In this document: positions 16,880 to 31,260 of the stretch, one piece after another
Layout of the letters: each line of letters begins with the position of its first letter
Position numbering within the stretch: the first letter of the stretch is position 1
Assembly: GCA_964396385.1 (NCBI GenBank)
Contig: CAYNFH010000001.1
Coordinates: 51,123 to 115,122 of the forward strand
From: an uncultured Chthonomonadaceae bacterium
Lineage (GTDB): Bacteria; Armatimonadota; Chthonomonadetes; Chthonomonadales; CAJBBX01
Direction: 5' to 3'
DNA: 64,000 bases
The notes under the pieces: model-generated
Told to the model about the DNA's origin: nothing
What the model saw: the letters and a program-made list of their open reading frames with translations, nothing else
The model's database searches: none
Translations under genes and position numbers: made by a program

Positions 16880-17338
16880 TCACTCTTGCTGCTGGTCGCC
16901 GAGGAGCTTGCCCATGCTGATGCGCTCTTCGACGGCGTAGCCCAGCTTCCGGTAGAAGGCCACGGTCTCCGCGTTGGAGGCGTGGAGCTGCAGGTTTACC
17001 TTGGGACAGCCGCGCTGCCGCAGCTCCTCTTCCACGTGGCGCATCAACACGGAGCCGATGCCCCGCCCGCGCGCCTCCGGAGCGACCGCGAGCGAGTAGA
17101 TCCAGCCGCGGTGACCGTCGTACCCTCCCATCACCGTACCAACGACCGTGCCGGCCACTACGGCCACGAAGAAGAGGTCCGGCTGGACCCGCTGCTTCTG
17201 CCGGATGACGGCTGCCGGATCGTTGTGTGCCGTTGAGTAGCCGAACACGGTTTTCCAGAGCGCCACGACTTCGGGCTCGTCTGCCGCCTCAAATACACGG
17301 ATCTCAACGTTGGCTCGCTGGCTCACGGCTTCCTCCAC
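16880..17338 (-). CDS. GNAT family N-acetyltransferase
   Basis: ...GWIYSLAVAPEARGRGIGSVLMRHVEEELRQRGC...AFYRKLGY is the acetyl-CoA binding motif. Confidence 0.85.
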   Translation of the reverse strand: MEEAVSQRANVEIRVFEAADEPEVVALWKTVFGYSTAHNDPAAVIRQKQRVQPDLFFVAVVAGTVVGTVMGGYDGHRGWIYSLAVAPEARGRGIGSVLMRHVEEELRQRGCPKVNLQLHASNAETVAFYRKLGYAVEERISMGKLLGDQQQE

Positions 17339-17472
17339 TCCCGCACTGTTCGCGAAATACCATCGGTCCCCTGCCGAGGCAATGGCGCAGCCATCCAGCC
17401 GCGCACTTGGGCAGGTGCTGAAGAGACTCCGGATCGCGGTGGAGGCGTGAGCGTACTGAACCAGCCGGCGCC

Positions 17473-18267
17473 TCAGTCGCTGCTGGCTGCCGGGCGGAGG
17501 AGGTCGTCGGAAACCGTAGGCATGGAGCTGGTTGCCGGACGCAAGAGCGTGTCGGGCTCATCTGCAGCCGGCCTCAAGAGCGAGACCGAAGGCTGCTCCT
17601 CCGCCAGGCGCTCTCGGAGGGTGGTCGCACACTCCTGGGCAGCCCGGGCGAGGGCCGCAATCTCCGGAGATCGTGGCTCTATCCTGGCAAGGTGCTCGAC
17701 GTAACGCAGGCTGGTCGCGTCGCCGACGTGCACAAGCGCCCGGTTTGCGCTGAAGGTGAATTCCAGGCAGTACAGGGGATGGGGGCTCTGGGACAGCCGG
17801 CCGGAGCTGCCGTCCATGCAGCCGTTGAGCAGTCTCAGGTCCGCCGCCGTCAGGAGCCCTCTATCGTGCTCCGAGATATGGTCGAGGATTCGAGATGCGG
17901 ATCTGTCCAGGAGCGACTTTGTCTTCTGTCCGCATATCTCCTGGCGTGCGCGGAGCAGCGGGCCGAGCGCTCGAATGTCGTCCAGCGCGCCCAGCGCTTC
18001 CAGCGCGCGCCGGTCACCGGTCCAGCCCAGCGCCACAAAGGCGGGCAGCGCTATCGGTCCGCAGAGCACGAGTCCGAAGAGTCCGCCAAGCACGTCCCCT
18101 GGCAGGCCGGTAAGCGGCTGCGCGCCTGCCCGGAGAGCGAGCAAAGCGATAATGGAAATCCACGGGCAGGTGGAGGCAAGAATGAGGTAGAGCGTCTTCC
18201 TCCGCCGCTGCCGGTTGACTTCGGCAATCGCAGTCTCTACCTCATCTCCTCGATCGTTCGGCGTCAT
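17473..18267 (-). CDS. Hypothetical membrane protein with a C-terminal triple LLRPA motif
   Basis: Two or three TM segments near the N-terminus. The C-terminus reads SLLRPAADEPDTLLRPATSSMPTVSDDLLRPAASSD. Confidence 0.5.
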   Translation of the reverse strand: MTPNDRGDEVETAIAEVNRQRRRKTLYLILASTCPWISIIALLALRAGAQPLTGLPGDVLGGLFGLVLCGPIALPAFVALGWTGDRRALEALGALDDIRALGPLLRARQEICGQKTKSLLDRSASRILDHISEHDRGLLTAADLRLLNGCMDGSSGRLSQSPHPLYCLEFTFSANRALVHVGDATSLRYVEHLARIEPRSPEIAALARAAQECATTLRERLAEEQPSVSLLRPAADEPDTLLRPATSSMPTVSDDLLRPAASSD

Positions 18268-18372
18268 GGTCCCGGACCTCCGCGCGCTCTCGTTACGTTG
18301 TAGAGATACGCGGCGCCGTGATCACCGGTTCGCGCTCCGAGCACGGAAGTCCAAGGGCGCGGAGGCAATTCA

Positions 18373-19560
<1,188 letters not shown>

Positions 19561-19725
19561 CCTTTGATCTTCCCCTTTTGCTGGGCGTATAGTGTGGACA
19601 TTCTAGGATGCGCCGAAAGCGGTGTCAAGGAGATGCCGCAGGGAAGGACGGTGCGGCACAGCCATGGAGGGCGCGACACGGCTGGGAGATAGCGAGATGA
19701 AGAGTGAGCTAATCGGAGGATGTGT

Positions 19726-20790
19726 ATGCCCGAGTCTTTGCCCCGCGTTGTAATCCAGGATGCGCCGCTGCTCCGGTTCCCCGGCGCAGGACTGGCCGGG
19801 CACGAGGGCGAGACCGACTGCAACAGCCCCGCCCATTGGGACGGAGAGACCTTCTGCCTCTTCAACTCCGCCGGAGAGCCCTGGCGCAGCGCGGGAGCGG
19901 ACCTGTTGCACCTCAGGGAGACGCGCGTCCCGGTGAAGTTCGACAACACGGCGAATGGCGGTCGCTGGTTCGAGGCGACGTGGAAGGAGCCCGGCGGGCC
20001 ACTCTATGGCTGGTATCATCACGAGCCGAACGGCGTCTGTCCCGACCGCAATGACCGGCATCTTACCGCCCCGCGCATTGGAGCGGCTGTTTCCGAGGAC
20101 AACGGCCTGACGTGGCATGACCTCGGCACCATCCTGGACGCGCCCGCGGGATCCCTTTATTGCGACACCCGGAACTTCTACTTCGCGGGCGGCAATGGGG
20201 ACTTCTCGGTGATCCTGGATGGCCGGAAGGAATACTTCTACTTCCTGTTCAGCGCTTATGGCGACTTCGAGGAACAGGGCGTGGCGATGGCCCGCTTGGC
20301 GTTCGGGGACAGAGAGCTCCCAGTGGGCAAGGCGCGGAAGTGGTACGCGGGGCTGTGGGACGAGCCGGGGCTGGGCGGGCGCCTGACGCCCATCTACCCG
20401 GCAAGAATCGACTGGCATCGGGAGGATGCGGACGCGTTCTGGGGTCCCTCCGTTCACTGGAACACGCATCTGGAGCAGTATGTGCTCCTGCTGAACCGGG
20501 CGAAGGACAAGGACTGGACGCAGGAGGGGATCTACGTTGCGTTCTGCCGGGACCTGGCGCACCCGGAGGGCTGGAGCCGGCCCATGCGCATCATGGACCC
20601 GCCGCTAAAGGACGGATGGTATCCGCAGGTGGTAGGCATGGACAGGACTCGCCGCGAGACCGACAAACTGGCCGGACGCGCGGCCCGCCTATTTGTTCGC
20701 GGCGAGTCCCGGTGGGAGATCCTGTTCCTGCGGGAGGGGGAACGCCCTAAGGGCGCTGGCGGCTACTCACACCGTATTGTGCAGGCGTGA
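19726..20790 (+). CDS. Hypothetical protein, possibly a beta-propeller glycoside-hydrolase-like fold
   Basis: 354-aa ORF; GGAGGA lies 5 nt upstream of ATG 19726. Motifs such as WYHHEPNG and GGNGDFSV..YFYFLFSAY. The context is glycan-degradation genes. Family not recognised. Confidence 0.55.
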   Translation: MPESLPRVVIQDAPLLRFPGAGLAGHEGETDCNSPAHWDGETFCLFNSAGEPWRSAGADLLHLRETRVPVKFDNTANGGRWFEATWKEPGGPLYGWYHHEPNGVCPDRNDRHLTAPRIGAAVSEDNGLTWHDLGTILDAPAGSLYCDTRNFYFAGGNGDFSVILDGRKEYFYFLFSAYGDFEEQGVAMARLAFGDRELPVGKARKWYAGLWDEPGLGGRLTPIYPARIDWHREDADAFWGPSVHWNTHLEQYVLLLNRAKDKDWTQEGIYVAFCRDLAHPEGWSRPMRIMDPPLKDGWYPQVVGMDRTRRETDKLAGRAARLFVRGESRWEILFLREGERPKGAGGYSHRIVQA

Positions 20791-20797
20791 GGCGAGT

Positions 20798-21028
20798 CTA
20801 GCGGTCGATCATCCGCTGCGCGCTTTCCGGGTACCGCTCTCCCTGCACGGTGATCCTGGAGGCTACGTCGTTGATCTCGCGCAAATCGTCCGGCGTCAGC
20901 TCCACGGACGCCACCGCGACATTCTTCTTGAGGCGGTGCAGCTTCGTGATCCCGGGAATAGGGATCATCCAGGGCTTCTGGGCGAGTATCCACGCGAGTG
21001 CGATCTGCGGGCGTCCCAGGGGCCGTAG
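20798..21028 (-). pseudogene. C-terminal ~75 aa fragment of an aldo/keto reductase
   Basis: Hand translation ...LRPLGRPQIALAWILAQKPWMIPIPGITKLHRLKKNVAVASVELTPDDLREINDVASRITVQGERYPESAQRMIDR* matches the AKR C-terminal consensus. The N-terminal ~250 aa are absent, and the nearby RBS+ATG is in another frame. Confidence 0.65.
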
Positions 21029-21068
21029 AGAACCGCTCCTTGCATGGTTCGTCTCCTTCTGTTGGCGC

Positions 21069-21464
21069 TCAGCGCCGGTACTGCTCGTCCGTGACGTGCT
21101 CCAGCCAGTCCACCGGCTTGCCGTTCAGCTTCTCCTGAACCGCGATGTGGGTCATCGCCGTGCTGGGCGTGGCCCCGTGCCAGTGCTTCTCGCCGGGCGC
21201 GAACCAGACCACGTCGCCCGGCCGGATCTCCTCCACCGGTCCGCCCTCGCACTGGACCCATCCGCACCCGGCGGTTACGATGAGGGTCTGGCCGAGCGGA
21301 TGCGTGTGCCAGGCCGTGCGGGCGCCCGGCTCAAAGGTGACGCTGGCGCCGGCGGCGCGCGCCGGTTCGGGCGCCTCGAACAGCGGATCGATCCGGACCG
21401 CGCCGGTGAACCATTCCTGCGGTCCCTTGCCGGAAGGCCGGGAGCCGATTCGCTTGATCTCCAT
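21069..21464 (-). CDS. Cupin domain protein
   Basis: ...[25 protein letters not shown]...[16 protein letters not shown] is the two-motif cupin signature. Confidence 0.8.
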   Translation of the reverse strand: MEIKRIGSRPSGKGPQEWFTGAVRIDPLFEAPEPARAAGASVTFEPGARTAWHTHPLGQTLIVTAGCGWVQCEGGPVEEIRPGDVVWFAPGEKHWHGATPSTAMTHIAVQEKLNGKPVDWLEHVTDEQYRR

Positions 21465-21786
21465 CTCTCTTCTCCTTTGCTCTAGGCGCCCAGGCTATGA
21501 ATGACCTGGCTGAGCCAAGAAGTCCCGTGAACAGGACTCCCGTGTCTCTGCGTACTTGCCTGGGCTGGGTTGACCCGGCTTCCTCGTTCAGCCAGACGGT
21601 TTACCGCCTGGGCACTTCTACGGCGCACCGGAAAGATTGGTTCGGATCGAGCTGGCGGCACGGGACGTGGAGCATCTGCGGGCCAGCCTGGGCGCGGCTC
21701 CCGCCGCAACCGCCAGCCAACCATAGATGATATGCGCGCTGGTGAAGCCCTAAACGAAGCCTACTTTGGTGGCGCGACGCCGGCGT

Positions 21787-22152
21787 TCACAGGGGCTCTA
21801 TCGCGACTTCCCCGCCCTCCTCGGCGAGGATTCTCACCTCGCAACCCTTGAGCAGCGACATACCGAGGAGCGGCTCATCCTCCATCGCGAGGGCCTCAAC
21901 CGTACGCTCGTCCCCGTCCCAGATGACCGTAGCCTCATAGATGTCGACGAGGACGCGTACCCTGCCGGCGAGACGAGCGTAACCCTGATTGATCCATTCG
22001 AGCTGGAGTGAATGGGCCAGAGATGTGGGGAGAGCGAGGAATCCAGAGAAGCCGGTGTCGAGAACGAAATCGATCTCGTGATGAGATCCGGCGGAATCTT
22101 GCAAAGGGAGCCGGATGACTGCCTGGTTGCCGGAGACCGGACCCAGGATCAC
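21787..22152 (-). CDS. Retropepsin-like (clan AA) aspartic protease
   Basis: ...EIDFVLDTGFSGFLALP... (DTG active-site motif), with ...LLGMSLL... near the C-terminus; 121 aa. Confidence 0.65.
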   Translation of the reverse strand: MILGPVSGNQAVIRLPLQDSAGSHHEIDFVLDTGFSGFLALPTSLAHSLQLEWINQGYARLAGRVRVLVDIYEATVIWDGDERTVEALAMEDEPLLGMSLLKGCEVRILAEEGGEVAIEPL

Positions 22153-22418
22153 TGCTTGGCGGGGCCGATAGATGGCCCGAAGGTAGACAGGGCATCCGCC
22201 CCGATCCTGCGAGCAAAGAAGCTGCCGTTGGGCCTCCGCTCTCTTAGCCGACGCGTCGCCGGAATGACATTGTCGTCTACCTCATAGTCTCCAGTATCGA
22301 CGTCTATTGCCACGATCTTTCCGTTCTGCTCCGGTTCCACCAGAGGACGAATGGACGCCTCATAGATGGCATCGGCTTTCTGCCCAATCTGTTCAGGACC
22401 GGCGGCACGTGCGTTCAT
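22149..22418 (-). CDS. Small partner protein of the retropepsin-like protease (hypothetical)
   Basis: 89 aa. Its stop overlaps the protease ATG (ATGA), implying translational coupling. Confidence 0.45.
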   Translation of the reverse strand: MNARAAGPEQIGQKADAIYEASIRPLVEPEQNGKIVAIDVDTGDYEVDDNVIPATRRLRERRPNGSFFARRIGADALSTFGPSIGPAKQ

Positions 22419-22529
22419 GCTCCCCTCCCGCTGGATAGAGTATACGCGATCAGATTGCCCATCCCTGAATCGCGTGGTATTCTCTTGCTATTACGAAGTA
22501 GCACCCCCTGAACGACCCTTGACCTGCCT

Positions 22530-23612
22530 ATGACACGAAGCAGAAGCAGCGGCGCGGCGAGACCGGCCGCCGGGCATCCAACCATAGCGACTATCGCCGC
22601 CCACATGGGGCTCTCCCGCGCCACTGTCACGCACGTACTCAACGGGCGCGCGGCGGAGCAGCGCATCCGGCCGGAGACCCGGAAGCGCGTGCTGGAGGTT
22701 GCGCAGGAGCTGGGCTATCGCGCCAACAGGTCTGCGCGGGCCGTGCGCGCAGGCCGTTTCGGCAGCGTCGCGCTGATCCAGTCACAGCTTGGGCAGTACT
22801 TGCCTCCGGAGCTGCTGTGCGGGCTGATCTCGGCGATCTCGGCCGAGGACCTGCACCTGGTACTCACCGAGGTCGCCAACGTGGACGCGAGTGGTGAGGC
22901 GTACGTCGCGCATACCATGCGCGAGCTGTCCGTAGACGGAGTGCTCGTGAACCGGCACGGAGGGGCGCCCCCACCCTTCCTGGAGCGCATCCGGAAGCTT
23001 CGGATCCCCGCCATCTTCCTGAATGCGCAACAGGACTTCGACTGCATCTACCCGGACGACCTGATGGGCGGCAGGCTGGCTGCCGAGTTCCTGCTGCGCC
23101 TCGGGCACGAACGGATCGCCTATGTCGAGACGGAGCCGCGGTGCGTACCTCACTACAGCGAGCAGGACCGGCGGTCCGGTTACGAGCAAGTCATGGCGCG
23201 GGCCGGGAGGGCGGCGCAGGTCCTCCGGCTTCCGGCGGATTGGCGTGTGCCGGGGGATCCGGGGAAGGATCAGCGCGTGGAGACGGCGGTCGGGCTGCTG
23301 AAGGGACCTGACCGGCCGACGGCGGTGGTCGCGTACGAGCTCACGGAGTCGATGGCTGTAGCGCGGGCCGCGCTCGTCCAGAGTCTGCGCATACCGGGGG
23401 ATCTCTCGCTCGTCCAGTTCCACAACAGCGTCGAAGAGCGCTGTTTCATCCCCATACACACTGTGAGCAACCGGATGCGGGAGGTGGGCGAGGGCGCGGT
23501 GGGCATGCTCCTGGAGAAGATAGAGGACCCGGAGCGGGCGCTGCCGGCGCGGGCCGTGCCGGAAGAGATCCTGCCGGGAGCAACGTGTATGCCGCCTCCC
23601 AGCCGCCGCTGA
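22530..23612 (+). CDS. LacI family transcriptional regulator
   Basis: TIATIAAHMGLSRATVTHVLNG (HTH) followed by a periplasmic-binding-protein-like sugar-binding core. Confidence 0.85.
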   Translation: MTRSRSSGAARPAAGHPTIATIAAHMGLSRATVTHVLNGRAAEQRIRPETRKRVLEVAQELGYRANRSARAVRAGRFGSVALIQSQLGQYLPPELLCGLISAISAEDLHLVLTEVANVDASGEAYVAHTMRELSVDGVLVNRHGGAPPPFLERIRKLRIPAIFLNAQQDFDCIYPDDLMGGRLAAEFLLRLGHERIAYVETEPRCVPHYSEQDRRSGYEQVMARAGRAAQVLRLPADWRVPGDPGKDQRVETAVGLLKGPDRPTAVVAYELTESMAVARAALVQSLRIPGDLSLVQFHNSVEERCFIPIHTVSNRMREVGEGAVGMLLEKIEDPERALPARAVPEEILPGATCMPPPSRR

Positions 23613-23691
23613 ACGACCACATATCCTGCAGAGCAGCCACGCCGGCAATCTCCCTCCGCCGGAGCGGCAACAGAAAGAAAGGGCGATATAG

Positions 23692-26926
<3,235 letters not shown>

Positions 26927-27092
26927 ATGCCGCCCGCCCCCACTCGTAACAGTCCGGGCTAAAGGTGCCCTTTCGGGGAATGTAGAAAGAGGGGCCTGAC
27001 TCGCATAGAGTGCAATGTGGCTGCTCTTTCCGCAAGGCAGCATCTCCAGGGGAGAGCGGCTCCATTGGCCCGTTGCCGGAGCAGGTTGATCG

Positions 27093-29828
27093 ATGATGGT
27101 CCAGGCGGTACAAAGTCGCACTCCGAACGCGTCCTCCGGCGCGCATGGTCTGCCGCTGTTGGCGATCAAGCTGGCGGTTCCGCCCCCTCTAACCACGCTC
27201 ATTGCGCGGCAGCGCCTCACTGCCCGCCTGGACGACGCCAGAGGACGCCTCGTGCTCGTGGCCGCTCCGGCCGGAGCGGGCAAATCCTCCCTGGTCGCTC
27301 AGTGGTGCCACGGTGTGGCGGCCGACCGCGTCGCCTGGCTCACGTTGGACTCCCGTGACAACGATCCGGTGCGCTTCCTTCAGTACCTCTGCGCGGCAGT
27401 CGGGCGTGTTACGCCGGAATTGGCCCAAACAATCGAGGACCTCTCTGGATACCGCGAGCCGTTGCCGCCGGACCTTGTCCTGACCGTGCTGCTGAACGGC
27501 ATAGCGGCCGTTCAGCAGCCTATGATGCTGGTGCTTGATGACTATCACCTGATCGAAGCGCCCGAAGTCCACCAGATCGTCGGCTCGCTCCTCGATAGCC
27601 GGCCGCCATTGTTGAGTCTCGTCCTAATGTCACGCTCGGAGCCGCCGCTGCCGCTGGCTCGACTGCGGGCTCGTGGCGAGCTGGTCGAGCTGCGTGGCCG
27701 TGACCTGCGGTTCACCTTGGAGGAGGCCGAGCAGTTCCTGAAAGGCGGAATGGGCCTTGCGCTCTCACAGGGGGCGATTCGCCGACTGACCGAACGGACC
27801 GAGGGATGGATCACGGGCTTGCAGTTGGCCGCCCTCTCGCTGCAAGGGCGCTCCGATGCCGAACAGTTTGTTGAGTCATTCAGCGGCAGTCATCGCTACA
27901 TTGTCGACTACCTTGTAGAAGAGGTGCTGGCCAGACAGTCCGAGGATGTCCGGACCTTCCTCCGTCAGACGGCTATCCTGGAGCAGTTGTGCGGCCCTCT
28001 GTGCGACGCGGTGACCGGGCAGCCGGGCGGCCGCGCGATGCTGGAGCGTCTACACGCTGCCAGCCTCTTCGTGATCCCGCAGGATGAAGGGAGATACTGG
28101 TACCGATATCATCACCTCTTTGCGGAAGTGCTGCGGGTGCGGCCCGAGCCCCTGCCCCCCGAGGAGGCTTCTGCGCTGCACGAACGCGCGGGCGCCTGGT
28201 ACGAGGCGGAGGGCATGAACACCGAGGCGATCGGCCACGCGCTTGCAGGCGGCAAATTGGAGCAAGTGATCCGGCTGATCCAGCGGCACGGCGGCTCGGC
28301 TGCGCTCGACCGTAATCCGGCGGCGTGGGAACAGTGGCTCCGCGCCGTGCCCGCGCCCCAGATTAGAACGCGGCCGCTGCTTGCCCTCGCGGTGGCCTCC
28401 ATCTGTCACTACCACCGTCGGGAAGACCGGGTAGAGGAGATACTCGGACCGTCCGGGTTCGGGCTGTCCGACGCGCCAGAGACCCGCGGGCTGCAAGGCA
28501 AGCGGTTGCTCTTGCTCGGAATGGCGGCGCGCGAGCTTGGTGAGACCGACCTGGCGGAGGAGCGGTCACGGGAGGCGGTGGCGCTCTTAACGCGCGACGG
28601 ACCCTACTGGCGAAGCATGGCGCTTCGCTTGCTCGGAGAGGTGAGCGCCGACCGCGGAAAGCTGGAGCAGGCGTTGAGCCGATTCGCAGAGGCGCTGGAC
28701 GAGGCTAGGCAGGCCGGCACACCGCTCCCGCTCCTGCTGGCCACGATAGAATCGGGGGCGATCCTGGAGAGCCAGGGCGCTCTTCGCCGGGCAGAGCAGC
28801 TCTACCTGGACACGCTGGATTTCGCGCGCCAACGATACACCCTCGACCTGCCTCTTTCCGGAGCGCTCTTCGCGGCGCTCGGACGGCTCCGATTCGAGGT
28901 GAATGACCTCCCCGGCGCGCTGCCTTATATGACCGAAGCGCTAGAGCGCGCTCGTACGCCGTCTGCCGGACGGGAGGCGATCCACGCATTCGTAGCGATC
29001 TATGAGATGTGGCGTCTGCAAACGGCGCTTGGGAACGCCGGGGAAGCCGATAGATTGTTTGAGCGCCTGGCCGCGGCCACCGGTTGTGACCGGTACTACG
29101 ACCGCCTGGTGCGCGCGCTTGGCACTGTGCGGCCGGAGACCTCCGCCGAAGAGGCCGCCGCCTGGGTGAGAGAGTTCGAGGGACGCATCGAAGGAGAAGT
29201 CTCTCCTGGCCCGTCAGTGCCGGACTCGGTCTCGCCCGATGCCGCGAGCCTCGAGATCAGAATCTGGGCTCGGCTGCGCGCCGGGCGGGGCGGGACCGAA
29301 GCGGTCACCCAACGACTCGAGCTGTTTCTGCACAGGATGGCGGCGAACGGCCGAGAGGGCAGCGCACTGCCCGTCCGCATTCTGCTGGTTACGCTCCTCT
29401 GGGAGAAGCGACTGCACGACCGAGCCGTGGCGGCCCTGGCGCCTGGCCTGGACCTCGCGGCGCGGGAGGGATACGCGCGCGTCTTCCTGGATGCCGGCGA
29501 CGCCATAGCTCCCGTCCTGCGCGCCTGCGCAGCCCACGGGACCGCGCCCGAGTACGTGGGGAAGCTGCTCGCCACGATGGGTAGCCGGGCTCGCCAGATG
29601 GCAGCGCGTGCATCTGATAGGGAGATGACGCTCATAGAGCCACTATCGGACCGGGAGCTGGAAGTCCTCCGGCTGGCGGCCGCGAGGCTCTCAAACGAGG
29701 AGATCGCGAGTCAGCTCTTCCTCAGTACCGGCACCGTGAAGCGCCACCTGCACAACATCAACGGCAAGCTGGACGTGACGGATCGGCTGGCCGCCGTGGC
29801 GCGCGCACACGCCCTCGGTCTGCTGTAG
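27093..29828 (+). CDS. MalT-like STAND ATPase / LuxR-family transcriptional regulator
   Basis: APAGAGKSSLV (Walker A), MMLVLDDYH (Walker B), long helical/TPR region. C-terminal LSDRELEVLRLAAARLSNEEIASQLFLSTGTVKRHLHNINGKL (LuxR HTH). Confidence 0.85.
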   Translation: MMVQAVQSRTPNASSGAHGLPLLAIKLAVPPPLTTLIARQRLTARLDDARGRLVLVAAPAGAGKSSLVAQWCHGVAADRVAWLTLDSRDNDPVRFLQYLCAAVGRVTPELAQTIEDLSGYREPLPPDLVLTVLLNGIAAVQQPMMLVLDDYHLIEAPEVHQIVGSLLDSRPPLLSLVLMSRSEPPLPLARLRARGELVELRGRDLRFTLEEAEQFLKGGMGLALSQGAIRRLTERTEGWITGLQLAALSLQGRSDAEQFVESFSGSHRYIVDYLVEEVLARQSEDVRTFLRQTAILEQLCGPLCDAVTGQPGGRAMLERLHAASLFVIPQDEGRYWYRYHHLFAEVLRVRPEPLPPEEASALHERAGAWYEAEGMNTEAIGHALAGGKLEQVIRLIQRHGGSAALDRNPAAWEQWLRAVPAPQIRTRPLLALAVASICHYHRREDRVEEILGPSGFGLSDAPETRGLQGKRLLLLGMAARELGETDLAEERSREAVALLTRDGPYWRSMALRLLGEVSADRGKLEQALSRFAEALDEARQAGTPLPLLLATIESGAILESQGALRRAEQLYLDTLDFARQRYTLDLPLSGALFAALGRLRFEVNDLPGALPYMTEALERARTPSAGREAIHAFVAIYEMWRLQTALGNAGEADRLFERLAAATGCDRYYDRLVRALGTVRPETSAEEAAAWVREFEGRIEGEVSPGPSVPDSVSPDAASLEIRIWARLRAGRGGTEAVTQRLELFLHRMAANGREGSALPVRILLVTLLWEKRLHDRAVAALAPGLDLAAREGYARVFLDAGDAIAPVLRACAAHGTAPEYVGKLLATMGSRARQMAARASDREMTLIEPLSDRELEVLRLAAARLSNEEIASQLFLSTGTVKRHLHNINGKLDVTDRLAAVARAHALGLL

Positions 29829-29926
29829 ACCACAGCGGTCTACCTGTCCCGCTAATGGTCCCACCTCCTCGCCGTACCGTCCCGTAACCCTCTTCCTCTT
29901 CTGCTCCGTGGCGCCATCGTGCCGCG

Positions 29927-29949
29927 AATTGTATCCCCGAATGTATCTG
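29927..29949 (+). promoter_or_regulatory. Conserved 23-nt motif AATTGTATCCcCGAATGTaTCTG upstream of the sigma-factor operon
   Basis: 21/23 identical to 31571-31593. Contains the direct repeat TGTATC-N6-TGTATC. Confidence 0.4.
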
Positions 29950-30004
29950 ACGGTACATGCGCACGCCGCGTCTCCTCCGCTAGACTGACATCACAACGAT
30001 AACG

Positions 30005-30640
30005 ATGCCGCTTCAACTAATTGCGCGGCGCGGGAGCGAGGGCAGAGACATGGTGCGTTCCGATCAGGAAGTCGAGCGCCTTGTGCGCGAAAACGAGAAG
30101 CTTGTGCAGTTTGTAGTCAACCGCTATCTGGCACGCTATACCGTCCCGGGTATGGAGCGGGAAGACCTCGTCTCCTGGGCAATGATCGGCCTGGTCAGCG
30201 CCGCCAGGGCCTGGGACCCTGCGCGCTCCGTCTCCTTTGCAACCCTGGCTTGCAAGGTCATGGAGCGGATGCTCGTACGGGGCGTCAAGCGCGAGTGGAA
30301 GCCGGAGCGGGCCGCCGCAACGGACTCCCTGGATTCTCCGCTCTGGGGAAACGGCTCGGATCGGAATGAGTCCGTGCTGGAGCGAATCGCGGACGTGCAG
30401 GACGTGGAGAGCGAGGTCCTCGACGGCTCCACGCGGGCAGCAGTCCGCACGGCGGTGGCGGAACTTCCGGAGCATCAGCGTCGGCTGATAGAGCTGCGCT
30501 TCTTTACCGACCTTCCGGCAGCCGAGGCGGCCCAGAAACTGGGTGTAAGTCGCCGCAGCGTCTTTGAGCGGCAGCGGCTGGCGCTCCGAAAGCTGCGGTT
30601 CGCTCTTGCGCCCGCATTCTCCGCGGAGGGAGTGGGGTGA
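30005..30640 (+). CDS. Sigma-70 family RNA polymerase sigma factor (regions 2 and 4)
   Basis: ...LVQFVVNRYLARY...EDLVSWAMIGLVSAARAWDP... (region 2) and ...LPEHQRRLIELRFFTDLPAAEAAQKLGVSRRSVFERQRLALRKL (region 4). The start may be ATG 30050. Confidence 0.8.
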   Translation: MPLQLIARRGSEGRDMVRSDQEVERLVRENEKLVQFVVNRYLARYTVPGMEREDLVSWAMIGLVSAARAWDPARSVSFATLACKVMERMLVRGVKREWKPERAAATDSLDSPLWGNGSDRNESVLERIADVQDVESEVLDGSTRAAVRTAVAELPEHQRRLIELRFFTDLPAAEAAQKLGVSRRSVFERQRLALRKLRFALAPAFSAEGVG

Positions 30641-31203
30641 TGATCGCCGAAGGGACGGCCGCAGCAATTGATGGCGCTCAGCGCGATTTCGATGAGCTGG
30701 TCGAGAGTACGCGGCGCTTCGCCTACAAAGTGGCGTACCACTTTACCGGGAATAGGGACGAAGCGGAAGACCTGATCCAGGATGCTTACCTGCGGGCGTA
30801 CAGGTCATTCGGCACGTTCAACTCCGATCTCTCGTTCAGGGGCTGGCTCTACCGGATCCTCTCCAACCTCTTCAAGGACCGGCAGCGCCGCTCGCACCGG
30901 CGCAAGACGGTTTCGCTGGACCAGCCGCTCCCCACGGGAGATGGCAATGATGATTTCATTCTGGAGCTGGCCGACGAAGAGAGCGATCCGCAGGAGCGGC
31001 TTCTCAAGCACATCCTAGACGAGCGGTTGGAGCGGGCACTGGCCAAGGTCTCAAAGCAGTTCCGCATCGCGGTCCTCCTGCACGCGGTCGAGGGCATGAG
31101 CTATGAAGAGATCGCCCGCGCCACAGGTACCAGCATCGGGACGGTGCGCTCGCGCATCCACCGGGGCCGCAAAGCGCTGCAAAGGTACATGACTAACCTG
31201 TGA
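30637..31203 (+). CDS. ECF-type sigma-70 family sigma factor
   Basis: ...EAEDLIQDAYLRAYRSF... and ...MSYEEIARATGTSIGTVRSRIHRGRKAL. The start overlaps the stop of the preceding sigma gene (GTGATG). Confidence 0.85.
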   Translation: MMIAEGTAAAIDGAQRDFDELVESTRRFAYKVAYHFTGNRDEAEDLIQDAYLRAYRSFGTFNSDLSFRGWLYRILSNLFKDRQRRSHRRKTVSLDQPLPTGDGNDDFILELADEESDPQERLLKHILDERLERALAKVSKQFRIAVLLHAVEGMSYEEIARATGTSIGTVRSRIHRGRKALQRYMTNL

Positions 31204-31260
31204 TCCTAGCGGAGGCGCTTGTGCGCGGTCAGCCGCGAGAACGGAACGGTGAACGACAAC

